64,000 nucleotides of DNA from positions 37,014,001 to 37,078,000 of the forward strand of contig NC_043008.1 in assembly GCF_006345805.1 (NCBI RefSeq). Direction: 5' to 3'. The notes below the pieces were generated by a model. It ran no database searches. It was given only the letters and a program-made list of their open reading frames with translations, and had not been told where the DNA came from. The stretch comes from Octopus sinensis (lineage: Eukaryota). The position numbers and the translations under genes are program-made. This document shows positions 1 through 12,487 of the stretch, piece by piece; position 1 is the stretch's first letter; each line of letters starts with the position of its first letter.

Positions 1-178
1 AGTGGAGGGGCCATACTTACACTGTGAAGCCAGAAAGAAAAATGGCATGATCAGGCTCAAATTTTGATCATCTGACCACAATAGTACCAACTATAAGCCC
101 ACCTGTGCTGAAGACAGTGTGACAATGATAAAGATATGTTATGGTGAAAGTGTGGATAATTTTTGACTTGCCCTCATA
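1..178 (-). mobile_element. Terminal part of mariner-like MITE
   Basis: Minus strand from 178 reads TA-TGAGGGCAAGTCAAAAATTATCCACACT, resembling mariner-type TA-CGAGGG termini; the other end would lie outside the window. Confidence 0.35.
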
Positions 179-195
179 TATGTGTGTATATATAT

Positions 196-287
<92 letters not shown>

Positions 288-291
<4 letters not shown>

Positions 292-666
292 AAATAGAGA
301 TAAATGAATTAATAATTATATTTAATTACAAAAAACAGACATAATCCCTGACAGCTGTTTTGATTCAGACTTTAAAAATTTAATCAATATAATTAAATCA
401 TAAAATTGAATCTCGTCAGAAATATAAAAAGATATACTATTGCATTTTTATGTTTTTATGTGTTAAGTGTACAGAGCATTTCAGCTAACTGAGTATTGTT
501 TTATAGAAAAATTTGGTATAGGCCTTATAAAGTGGGGAAAGAAAGTATAATGATTTAATTATTTTTTATTAAATTTTTAAAGTCTGAATCGAAACAGCTG
601 TCAGGGAGTATGACTATTTTTGTAATTAATAAATATAATTATTGAATTATTTATCTCTACTTTCTT
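288..666. mobile_element. Inverted repeat (arms 288-401 and 550-666), probable Penelope-like pseudo-LTR pair
   Basis: About 115-bp arms align with few mismatches across a 148-bp spacer; contains hammerhead core elements. Confidence 0.65.
342..426 (-). ncRNA. Type I hammerhead-ribozyme-like motif with long stem II
   Basis: Minus strand: CTGACGA-GATTCA-(AT-rich hairpin)-TGAATC-AAAAC-AGCT-GTC. Stem II is perfect GATTCA/TGAATC; G12 is A here, but the opposite arm keeps GAAACAGCTGTC (591-602). Stem I is weak. Confidence 0.6.
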
Positions 667-816
667 ATTTTTCTTAAATAAATATAAACCACAGATTATT
701 TAATTACCTATTTTTGAGTATTAAAACTTACATTCAAAACAAATAATAGGTAATAAACCAGTAAATTCATTGGATATTATTATCCCTTAATAAGACTTAT
801 TTAACTTCTAATTGGA

Positions 817-853
<37 letters not shown>

Positions 854-1031
854 TAAAGGGAAACCACTATGTGGACACCCTTATGCTAGAAATAGATCCG
901 CTATGGTCTTACCACTAAGAAATGTTCTCAACAAAATTTTAGCAAAACAACCAAAACATAATCGAGCAAGACAAAAGAAAAAGCAATAAAAATATGGATT
1001 ATTTTTGCTAAATTTTGCTATATATATATAC

Positions 1032-1186
1032 GACGGGCTTCTTTCAGCTTCCGTCTACCAAATCCACTCACAAGGCTTTGGTCAGCCTGATGCTATAGTA
1101 GAAAACACTTACCCAAGGTGCCACTCAGTGGGACTGAACCCGGAACCATGTGGTTTGTAAGCTAGCTACTTACCACACAGCCACAG
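1032..1186 (-). mobile_element. tRNA-headed SINE (CORE-like family A), 5' half
   Basis: Reverse complement of the family A head (gctgtgtggtaagtagctt...ccttgggtaagtg...ggaagctgaaagaagcccgtcg). Confidence 0.8.
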
Positions 1187-2410
1187 TTATTGTTTAGCTC
1201 CTGGTCAGTCTTGACCAAACATGTGATCAGAAGTGTTTCAACTTTGATCAGCCTACCTTTCTAGTGGTATTCCAAGGAATTCTTTAACTAATGTATATAT
1301 CACTTCTTTAAAACATTGGTGTGATGCATTTCAAGAGAGATTTGGTTGCTATTTATTTCATAACAGATTAAGTAATCCCTTAAATTGTCCCCTCTGCACA
1401 TGTTTACAAAGGTAAACCATTCCACTTTCGTTGCCTGCTTAATTACAAATGGATGGACACGGCGATTGAAATTTGCCTTGATTGGATGTTTTGCTAATTA
1501 ATACTCTAAAAATCCACCATCAATTTGATTTCACTAACACTGCTTGGGTTGAGACAAAAGTATGATAAATAGCATTTACTGAAGGTGATTTACTGTGAGA
1601 GTGAACTCAGAACCGTGTAGTTTCAAAGCAAACTGCTTAACCATGTGCTCATACCTGCACTCAGTCTTATATGATTTTATATCGGAAGACTTGTACTTTC
1701 AAAATTTGCTTGTGTCATATTCTTGGCAAAAGTATCTGCTAATTACAACTCCAGGCCTTCTTTAAACAGCAGTTTTTGTAGAGAGAATATAAATTAAGAT
1801 AGGCAAACTAAGAGATATACACTCCAGACACAGACAATAACTTTGCTTCAACGTTCCATAAGTTTTTAAAGACTTTCTTTCACTGATATTTCATTTATTT
1901 TGTGTTGCTTTTGTTTCCTTTTTCTATTATTTTCCTCCCACGCTTTTCATTAGTTTGTATTCAATGATATCAAATTAAATTGAACTGTAAAATAATATGT
2001 AAGTTTAGTTGTCTAGTGTAGGAATTCAAACATTGAGAAATGTTCTAGAAACAATGCTATATAAATCTTTATTGCAAAATTACAAGCCAGTCTACATATA
2101 TAAATATATATATTTTTTTTTTCAGTTTCAAAAAGATTTAGATAAATTAATAAACCCATATTCAATTCACACATACACATACATATTTATAAGAACACAC
2201 ACATGTATACTTATATATATACATATATACATACAGTCACACACACACACACATGCACACATAGATATATGCATGTATGTATTTATATGTGTGTATGTGT
2301 ATAGGTGTATAAGCATTCTACTAGAAAACTATTAAAATCTCTTCAAAGTTATACAAGAACAAAACTTACTTTGTTGTGAGTTGTTATACACAGCCAAACA
2401 CACACACACA

Positions 2411-2449
<39 letters not shown>

Positions 2450-2584
2450 CCATACACATGCTGCCGTACATACATTCATATAAGACTTATCACACACACA
2501 AAAATGATAGAGATAAAAATACACATATACTTATGTCAGCACATTTGTATATAGTTATATGTAAATATGCATAATTTATAAAAG

Positions 2585-2614
2585 ACAGACAGACAGGCAG
2601 GCAGACAGACAGAC

Positions 2615-2693
<79 letters not shown>

Positions 2694-2700
2694 CAGTTAG
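2585..2700. repeat. (GACA)n/(GATA)n microsatellite
   Basis: Direct reading. Confidence 0.95.
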
Positions 2701-3345
2701 ATGGATATGTTTATATTATTGTTTAGGCAAGTGTGCATGTGCCTCTGTTGTCTGTCTCATATGTTGGAATATGCATATATACATATACACCATCAAGTAT
2801 ACAGATGTATATATATATATATATATATGAGTGTGTGTGTGTGTTTGTGTACGTATGTGAATATATGTAAATATAGGTATATATGTGTGTGTGTGTGTAA
2901 ATATGTATATATGTGTTTATTTATACACATACACACATTTATGCATATATACATGTATATCCATTCATATACATAATGTATACATATACATATATGTATA
3001 CATATATACATTCATATATATGTATAGTATGTGTATCTGTGTGTGTGTGTGTGTGTATCTGTGTGTGTGTATGTGTGTGTGTGTGTGTGTGTCGACAAAT
3101 CTGCCACTTAATTTCTCTTTGCACAGATCTTTTGTTTTAATTCCCTTCTCTGTATTGCTTGGTTCCATTATTTATCTTGTGTAGGATTATTTTGCTGTCT
3201 GAAAGTTGACAATTTCTTTGCCACATATGGCTTGCTGCAGAAAACATGTGTTTGACAAGGTGCCAATGCTGCTGCCAAACTCAGGATTACTTCTAAGGAA
3301 GTGGAATTCTTGCCGATTATGAATATTACTTATATATATATTTAT

Positions 3346-3385
<40 letters not shown>

Positions 3386-3403
3386 TTATATTTAATATAT
3401 GTA

Positions 3404-3440
<37 letters not shown>

Positions 3441-3537
3441 GATTATATCATAAATATATGTATAGGTGTGTATGTATATATAGATATATATATAAACATT
3501 CATATGTGTATACATATATACCTATCTCTGAATATAT

Positions 3538-3577
<40 letters not shown>

Positions 3578-4383
3578 ATGTATAATTTTTCAGCAAAGTG
3601 TGAAAATGTTTTCTGTCTGGTTAAATATCTTGTATTTGTTTAGAAATTCCTTTGTCTGTTAAATCATAGGACGTCACTTAAAGATGTCTGGCTTTGTGCA
3701 GACTATGCCATGTAATTAAATATATATCTGTATAGTAAGAGCCATACCATTCTGTGCTTATCTATACAGAAAAACATCAACGACTCTTCAAGAAGCCCAA
3801 TGGCGCTTTGAGGGTTAAAGTGATGGATTTTTCATCACAACGTTGTAATATCTGACTTATCACAGTCGTTGTGTTGTGCTGCTGAACAAGCTATTTAAGA
3901 CCAATTGCTCCAGTTTATGAATCTGGAAAAGAAAAGAATACCAATAATGTAAAAATAAAAATTAAAAAAAAACAAAATAAACACACATCATTTCTACTTC
4001 ACAGTTGAGTGGTTAGCAGTAGGAAAGTGCATCCAGCTGTAAAAACAAACAAAAAAAAATCAATTGCTCCAACAAACAAACTATTTAACTGATGCAAGCA
4101 TGAAAAATCTTGATGTAAAACAATAAAAAAAAATTAAAAATATGGCTACAGTGGTTATTGACGTAAATGAATGTTCACGTTGTGTAACTGACTATTGGCT
4201 CATAGGTCAGGAGTTCAAACTTCTTGCATGTATATCAGTGTGTTTCTACAACTTGTAACTTCAAGCTGACCAATGCCATCTGTGTGGAATTTGGTAGATG
4301 GAAATGGAATGGAGACCTAGGATGCCATGATAGATTGTTAGCTCATACACGCATTTTTTTCTCTCCTTGTTTTTTTCTGTGTA

Positions 4384-4421
4384 TCTTTCTGTCGAAGAGC
4401 ATAGGCTCGAAACGTAAAAGA
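4384..4421 (+). ncRNA. Minimal hammerhead-like motif (Penelope type)
   Basis: TCTTT-CTGTCGA-AGAGC-atag-GCTC-GAAAC-GTA-AAAGA. Stem I TCTTT/AAAGA and stem II GAGC/GCTC pair; palindromic ACGT at stem III; core A6 replaced by T. Confidence 0.5.
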
Positions 4422-4519
4422 CTTTTTCTATTTCTATTCTTGAGCGCTATACTAATACATTTGTTTGTTTGTACTCCACCTGCCTTCGTCTTTTGTTTAT
4501 TTTCGCAAACTTTCATGTG

Positions 4520-4598
<79 letters not shown>

Positions 4599-4691
4599 AT
4601 ATTTATATGTATATATATAGGTAGGGAGGTTTCGAAATGGATCTCAAGGAGTAGCATCTGTGCCTTCCTGAGCTAGTTCTCCACCACATTT

Positions 4692-5027
4692 CTTGGGCAA
4701 GTGTCTTCTACTATAGCCTCGAGCCGACCAAAGCCTTGTGAGTGGAGTTGGTAGACGGAAACTGAAAGAAGCCCGTCGTGTATATGTACATATATATATA
4801 TATATGTGTGTGTGTGTATATGTTTGTGTGTCTGCTTTTGTCCCCTCAACATAATTTGACAACTGATACTGGTGTGTTTATGTCCCAGTAACTTAGCGGT
4901 TCGGCAAAAGAGACTGAAAGAATAAGTAATAGGCTTACAAAGAATAAGCCCTGGGGTCGATTTGTTCGACTAAAGGCGGTGCTCCAGCATTGCCACTGTC
5001 ACATGACTGAAAGAAGTAAAAGAGTAA
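4692..5027 (+). mobile_element. Family A SINE, 5'-truncated, with internal (TA)/(TG) tract
   Basis: Matches other copies from tcttgggcaagtgtcttctactatagcc to aagtaaaagagtaa. Confidence 0.85.
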
Positions 5028-5353
5028 GTGTTATATATATATATATCAAAAAAGGAGCTACTGTTAGTTTCTTGTAGAGAGATACAGTAATTCAACAGAT
5101 TTATATAACATGCCATTTGTCTCCAAGCAAGCTTTCAGGCTCAGCGCATATCGTTAGATGTATTTGAAAACCAAATGAGAAAATATAAGAAAAAGATTGG
5201 AAGAAAACCATGAAGAAGTTTAAGGCAAAAGTAGAAGGAGAAAAAATAAAAGAAGAAAAGTAAGAAGACCATTATCTTCATTCATTTTATTCTGTAGAAA
5301 TAATTCATGTAGCCAGTGTAGAATATAACAGAAAGAAGGCTGAAGTCTGTGAG

Positions 5354-5880
5354 TCACTCAAACCAAAGCAGCTGGTGTCCTCTGGTTTGATAAAAAAAAA
5401 ACTTGTCATTGTGTTGGCTTTTTCTTAAAATTTCAGGTCTGGAATTATGTAGTGTGGTGGAATTCTTGGATCCTAAAAGAATGTGTGATCTTTCAGTTAT
5501 GCATAACTTGCACCTCTTTGATCCATTTATATACGCTGTAGATTTCTTCATGATTCTTCACTTTATTGTATGTGGTGTGCAGTTAGTCTTCAGATCCCAT
5601 ACATGGCTACCCAATTTAGTGGCATTATTTTTATCAATATGTCAGAAAGAAGACTGGTTTTCTTACTTTACATTTCTTCAGTCTTATTCCACTTTTTACA
5701 TCAACCGTCTTTGTGTTTTGCTTTGTTTTTGTTTTCTCATGTTTCTTATAGACCTTCACCCTGGTTTTCAAATATGTCTAATAGTATGCACGATTATAGA
5801 TCTCAGATTCTTTGAGACACACAATCCACAACAACAAGGATTCAACTTTATGGAAGACCTTCAACCATAATCTGTTCCAG
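5354..5880 (-). mobile_element. Decayed Penelope-like element, GIY-YIG endonuclease C-terminal region
   Basis: Translation gives NATKLGSHVWDLKTNCTPHTIKWSIMKKSTAYINGSKRCKLCITERSHILL...EILRKSQHNDKF, the typical end of PLE ORFs; a Cys-rich segment lies upstream; stops and frameshifts present. Confidence 0.75.
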
Positions 5881-6267
5881 TCAAGGCTTAGCTGATGCTA
5901 AACAACAACAACCAGCCGTTGTTATCTCATTAATAAACTAGAATCTTTTTGCACATTTTTAGCACTTCATGTATTAAACAAAAATATTATTATCCATAGT
6001 CACATGACTGCTGATAATTTTTAATCATTAAATTTGCCTGTGGCATTGTGTTCTTGGCAGTATATATCTGTTAATTTTCCTTCCGGCCCTGCTCGACAGT
6101 TAGGCATTTGAATTAAAAGAAAAAGAATAGATTCTCTAAATGTGAAGAAACTAGTGATCATCTGCAATGGTAAGAACCAATACCATAAAAACGAAATGTA
6201 ATGATAAGCTAATAAGATTATAATTTTCAGAATATTAATATTATCTTTAGAGACAAGGTAACAAGCT

Positions 6268-6450
6268 GGCAGAATCATTACTGTACTGGGCAAAATGCAT
6301 TCTGAGTTCAAATTCCACTGAGGCTGACTTTGCATTGCATCCTTTTGGAGTCGATTAAATAAGTACCAGTTGCATACTGGGGACAATGTAATTGACTTAT
6401 CCCATCCACTGAAATTCCTGACCTTGTCTCAAAATTTGAAATCAATATCG
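6268..6450 (+). mobile_element. tRNA-headed SINE family B, degenerate
   Basis: gctggcagaatc...tctgagttcaaattcc...gtcgattaaataagtaccag, matching the copy at 23706. Confidence 0.6.
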
Positions 6451-6934
6451 TCTTTAGAGATAGAATACATTTTTCGATACTCGCATCTGTGTCATCTAAT
6501 AAGTACAGTCATAGGTGTTTGGTTAAGTAATTCACCTTGATACTATGTGGTTCTGAGTTCCATTCCGGTGTGTAACACCTGCAGGAAATGCCTTCTGCTG
6601 TACTATACTTCGGTTAAGGTGATAAGCTATTGAAACAATTAGTACACTGGACAAAATGCTTAGTGGAATTTCGTCTGTCTTTGCATATTGATCTCAACTT
6701 CTGCCGAAGTCACCTTTGCCTGTCATCCTTTCAAGAGTTGATAAAAGAAGCTTGGCACTGCTTCTGTTGGATTCTTTTTGCCAAAACTTATTATACAAAC
6801 CTGTGTTTATTTTGCTGGTCTCTTTTGCTAAACCACTAAGTTATAGGGACATAGACAAACCAAAACCTGTTGTTCACTAGAAGTGGAGTACAAACACAAA
6901 GATATATTCATGCGAAATCATAGTCGTGGCAGAT

Positions 6935-7285
6935 TGGTACCCATGCTGGTGTCATGTAAAATGCACCGTTTGAGTGTTGGGCTTCATGGAGGCTATGACA
7001 GGTGACAGAGGCCTTTTGCAATATACCATGCTTGTAGTCATGGCCAATACAAGTGTCATGTCAATCACACCTGTGCTAATGGCATGTAAAAGGCACCCAC
7101 TACACTCTTAGAGTGGTTGGTGCCAGGAAGGGCATCCAGCTGTAGAAACCTTGCCAAATCACATGGGAACTCGGTGCAGTTCCCCAGCTTACCAGTTTTC
7201 AGTCAAACCGTCCAACCCATGCCAGTTTGGGAAGAGAATGTTAAATGATGATAATATGATAATAAATGATGATGATGATGATGAT
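6935..7285 (+). mobile_element. RTE-type LINE 3' tail ending in (GAT)n
   Basis: aggaagggcatccagctgtagaaac...gtcaaaccgtccaacccatgccag...gatgatgat; same tail as the LINE at 56821. Confidence 0.75.
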
Positions 7286-7300
7286 ATATACATATATATA

Positions 7301-7359
<59 letters not shown>

Positions 7360-7924
7360 GTTGCTACTATGTAAAAGTGTCGTAAGTCCAAAATGTTACT
7401 TTTTCAGAAAATGAAAAAATAGTTTCACCATTCTACTGCAAAACCAATTTTCTACACATTGACAATTTTTGATATCTTGACATCTGAAGCAGCTGGAGAT
7501 ACAATAGTTTGACCAAAATAACTGGCTATTGCAAGCAAAAATAAATATTGAAAATAACGTATTTGGCCAAATTTGAACATACAACACTTTATCATAATAG
7601 CAACGATATATATATATACACGGGCTTCTGTATATATATATATACAATGGGCTTCTTTCAGTTTCTTTGGACAGCCCAGGGTTATAGTAGAAGATACTTG
7701 CCCAATGTACCACACCATGGAACTGAAACAAGATGTATTGTGGTTGAGGAGCAAACTTCTTGCCACACAGCCACACCTGTGGCTTTAAAAATAATCTGGG
7801 GATTCTGGAGATCAAATCCAAGGCCTTTCACTGTACCACTGAGCCACAGGGTCTCCCAGAATACAAAGAAGATGCTAAAATGGCTTCAGTCAACTAAATT
7901 TGTCAAGACAAAACAAACAAGGGC

Positions 7925-8340
7925 ACAGGTATGGCTGTGTGATAAGATGCTTGCTTCCCAACCACATGGTTTTGGGTTCAGTCCTGCTGTGTGGCACCTT
8001 GGGCAAGTATCTTTTACTATAGCCTCAAGCCAACAAAAGTCTTGTTAATGGATTTGGTAAATGGAAACTGAAAGAAGCCCATCATATATATATACATTTG
8101 TGTGTGTGTGTGTGTGTATCTTTGTGTCTGTGTTTGTCCCCCACTACTGCTTGACAACTGGTACTGGTTTGTTTACGTTCCTGTAACTTAGTGGTTTGAC
8201 GAATGAGACCGACAAAATAAGTATCAGGCTTAAAAAAAAAAGTACTAGGGTCGATTCATTCAACGAAAAGGAAAGGAAATTCCTTAAGGTGCTGCTCCAG
8301 CATGGCCACAGTGTAATGACTGAAAGAAAGAAAAGATAAA
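7925..8340 (+). mobile_element. Family A SINE, full length, diverged
   Basis: Head, ccttgggcaagt core, internal TA/TG tract and 3' gctccagcatggcc segment are all present. Confidence 0.8.
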
Positions 8341-9179
8341 CTAGAAATTACTGAGTACCTTTTTAAAAAAAACAATGACACTCAACTCAACCTTGATTAA
8401 AGATTGAAACGAGTTATCAGTTTTTCCTGTTTTAACAACCTTTGTCTATGGTCAATCTTTTGTAAATCTCTACTCTTCTGAAATGAACAGAGCATCCTCT
8501 CCACCTAATTATGGCACCTAAAAAGCTCGTTAATTTTGTATTAATTCTCCTTCAAATAATAGCATAACAACAAGCGAAGTGAAATAATAGCTTGTGTGGT
8601 CTGGTTTTGTATTTGCAGATCAGATTTTGTTTCTTCAGCGTATCGGATGGCACATAGATTTGTGTTTGACCAATGTCACACCAAACCTAGCATCGCATGT
8701 TTGCAAGTAATAAAAACTAGTCTCGTGTGGTATAGCGGAACTCCGTTGATTCTCTGTGCATCTGTACAATGGGTTATTGACAAGACATGACAACAAATGT
8801 CTCCAGACTTGCAAGTAAATCAAAGTGTTTGAGGTGAGAGAAGAGCTGAGGAGGGATGTCTAATGTATATGGGTTTCTATTCACACACACACACACACAC
8901 ACACAAACATACATACACAATATATATGTGTTTCTATAAATGTACACACACACACATTGATACATAGTTTTGCGTATGTATATGTTTCTAAATATGTGTG
9001 CATGCGTATGTGTGTGCCTATGTATCTGTTTATACACATATATATATGTATTAAAAAATGAACATAACCACGGTCAAGTTGTTAAGAAGTTTGTTTCACA
9101 TTCAATGAGGGTCCCTAGTTTAATCCTAGTGTATGATATCATGGATAATTGTCTTGTGAAGATATCAAGGTGATAGTGT

Positions 9180-9220
<41 letters not shown>

Positions 9221-9299
9221 CTGTCAGTTACATATTACATCTTATATCTGTTATATAAATGTTTGTTGCTAAATCATTATTGCATCATTGTAAAGTATT

Positions 9300-9540
9300 T
9301 ATTTCTTTATTGCCCACATCGAGGGGACAAACAAGGACAGACAAAGGGATCAAGTTGATTTCAGGGTCAATTAAATAAGTACCAGTACTTATTTAATTGA
9401 CTGGTACTTATTTAATCAACCTCGAAAGGATGAAAGGCAAAGTCGACCTTGGCAGAATTTGAACTCAGAACGCAACAGCAGATGAAATACTGCTAAGCAT
9501 TTTGCCCGGTGTGCTAACAATTCTGCCAGCTCACTGCCCT
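9300..9540 (-). mobile_element. Family B SINE
   Basis: Reverse complement of the 23706-23925 copy. Confidence 0.8.
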
Positions 9541-9844
9541 GTAAATTATTTACATTATAATGTGTTTGTTTATGTTAAGCTCAGGTCGTCCTGGGTCTTC
9601 TGGGTGAAATAGGGCTGATGGAAACTATGGGTGTTGCTGCCAGGACTGTACCTCTAATTTCAAAAACCAGCCTTGTTACACATTCTGTGATGCTGATTTC
9701 TGTTTGATATTTGCAATAAGTAACTGTGGAGTACTCAGCCATATGTGTGTATGTGTCAGTACAATGAGCATCTAGATCAGTTTGATTGAACAGTTAGAAA
9801 ATTCATTGTTAAAAACCAAAGGGTTTTCTCTTTTATTGCTTACT

Positions 9845-10075
9845 GTTCACTTGTTTCGGTCATTAGACTGTGGCCTTGCTGGGGCACCACCTTAAGGAAT
9901 TTTAGTCAAAAGAATCAATCTTGGTATTTTTTTTCTCTTTTCAAGCCTGGTACTTATTCTGCCAGTCACTTTCCCTCGAAATGCTAAGTTACCGGGACAT
10001 AAATACATCAACACCAGTTGTGAAACAGTGATGGGGGACCAACACAGATGTAAAAACACATACACATACTCCCTG

Positions 10076-10131
<56 letters not shown>

Positions 10132-10290
10132 ATCCGACTGACTTCTTTCAGTTTCGGTCTATTAAATCCACTTACAACACTTTGGTAGGACCAAGGCTAT
10201 AGTAGAAGACACTTGCTCAAGTTACCACATAATGTGATTGAACTTGGAATCATATGATTGAAAAGCAAACTTCTTACCACACAGCCACTA
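9845..10290 (-). mobile_element. Family A SINE, full length, diverged
   Basis: Reverse-complement match with internal (CT)/(CA) tract. Confidence 0.75.
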
Positions 10291-10372
10291 TTCTTTATAT
10301 ACATGTGTGCATGTGAGTGTGTGTTTGTGCGTGTGTTAGTACACACATGCTCATGTGTACATACATAGAGAT

Positions 10373-10900
10373 CATCATCATCATCATCATCGTTTTGTGT
10401 CCGCTTTCCATGCTAGCATGGGTTGGACGATTTGACTGAGGACTGGCAAACCAGATGGCTGCACCAGGCTCCAATCTTGATTTGGCAGAGTTTCTACAGC
10501 TGGATGCCCTTCCTAACGCCAACCACTCCGAGAGTGTAGTGGGTGCTTTTAAGTGCCACCAGCACGAGGGCCAGTCTGGCGGTACTGGCAACGGCCACGC
10601 TCAAAATGGTGTTTTTTATGTGCCACCTGCACAGGAATCAGTCCAGCAGCACTGGCAACGACCTCGATCAAATGTTTTGTTCACATGCCTCTGGCACAAG
10701 TGCCAGTAAGGTAACGCTGGTAACAATCACTCTCAAATGGTGCTTTTTACATGTCACTGGCACGGAAGCCAGACAGCTGCTCTGGCAGTGGTCCCACTTG
10801 AATTGAGCTGTTAGCACTCCACTGGCACGGGTGCAAGTCATCGAATTTGGTTCAATTTCGATTTCACTTGCCCCAACAGGTCTTCGCAAGCAGAGTTTAG
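10373..10900 (-). mobile_element. RTE-type LINE 3' UTR with internal degenerate tandem units
   Basis: (CAT)n tail, ggatgcccttcctaacgccaaccac, and repeated gtgcttttt(a)ygtgcca units; collinear with 56821-57300. Confidence 0.8.
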
Positions 10901-11149
10901 TGTCTAATGAAGGAAGGTTGGCATGGGTGCCAGTCGTCAAATTTAGTTATAACTACATATATCAAGAGAGAAAGAAACTGAGAGCAAGATGTATAATCTT
11001 TTACTTTTTCACCAGTTTTATCCATATGGTTCTGGCCATACTGGGAATATGCACATTCACACATGCACACACACACACATACACACACATGCATATATAT
11101 ACATGCGTGCCTATATACATATCAGAAAAGAATCAAAAGTACTTCTTGA

Positions 11150-11385
11150 GTCGTAGGCTCATAATGCTGGTGTCCTGAATTCTGTGGTATGCCAGTCCAT
11201 AATAGTATTACTCACTGGATGGGATGCCAGTCCATAACAGTGTTGCTCACTTTTCCCAGCTGTGTGGAGTGAAGTGATGTAATGTAAAATGAAGTGCTTT
11301 GCTCAAGAGCACAATACATTGACTGGTCGAGGAATTGAAATCACAATCTTACGATCATGTGTGCAACACAGTAAGTCACACTCTT
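11150..11385 (-). mobile_element. SINE family C2 (same as 51843), diverged
   Basis: Reverse complement shares catgatcgtaagattgtg...ttgagcaaagcacttcatttt...atggactggcatcccatcc. Confidence 0.6.
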
Positions 11386-11404
11386 CCACCTATGTGTGTG
11401 TGTA

Positions 11405-11802
11405 TGAGTGTATGTGTATAAATATAGATAGATGGAGATAGGTAGATAGACAGAGAGACAGGCAGACACAGAGACAGACAGACGGATAGACGGATAGATA
11501 GATTGATGGATAGATAAATAGACAGATGGATAGATAGATAGAAAGATAGATTGATAGCTGGATACATAAATAGACAGATAGATAGATAGAAAGATAAATA
11601 GACGGAGAGAGAGAGAGAGAGAGAGAGAGACATACAGATAGATAGGTAGACCGATAGATAGATAGATACATAGATAAATAAATAGATAGATAGATAAATG
11701 GATAGATAAGTTTCTTTATTGGCCACACAGGGCTGCACACAGATGGGACAAATTACGAGGTAGAGCTTTTCTTTTGGGGGATGAAAAAAAAATGGATAAA
11801 TG

Positions 11803-11859
<57 letters not shown>

Positions 11860-11963
11860 CTGGATAGATAGATGGATAGATAGATAGATAAATAGATAGA
11901 TAGATAAATAGATAGATAAATGGATATATATGTTGATAGATACATGGATAGATAGATAGAAAG

Positions 11964-12006
<43 letters not shown>

Positions 12007-12062
12007 AAGAGATAATTAGATAAATATTTAGATAGCTAAATAGATAGATGGATGGATGGATG

Positions 12063-12122
<60 letters not shown>
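11405..12122. repeat. Long interrupted (GATA)n/(GGAT)n/(GA)n block
   Basis: Direct reading; source of the YLSI ORFs. Confidence 0.95.
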
Positions 12123-12386
12123 CCCTCTCCCCCACATATACTCATTCATACATATTGCTGTCTCTTTGACTGCAGTAATATTTCTTGTAATGACGATGTA
12201 CGACAGTGTGGACTGCGTGTGTATGTGTGCCTTGAAATGCTAATGCTTGTGTGCATGTGTGTCTGAATGTATACGTAGCTGATATTTGTCTTTGCGTGCA
12301 TAAGTATGCTAGTAAAATTGTATGTTTTATATGTTTGTGCGGCATGTGTGAATGTGTGTCAACATAAAATTTGTGCATATGGGTGG

Positions 12387-12442
<56 letters not shown>

Positions 12443-12456
12443 TGTGTGTGTATATG

Positions 12457-12487
<31 letters not shown>

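Noticed and set aside
13-21. Minus-strand GTAAGT donor at the window start
   Set aside because: It lies inside a mariner-like MITE; no supported exon.
5129-5157. Minus-strand CTAACGA...GCCTGAAAGCTT downstream of the Penelope ORF as a hammerhead
   Set aside because: G5 is mutated, stem II is mismatched and stem I does not pair; at most a dead pLTR relic.
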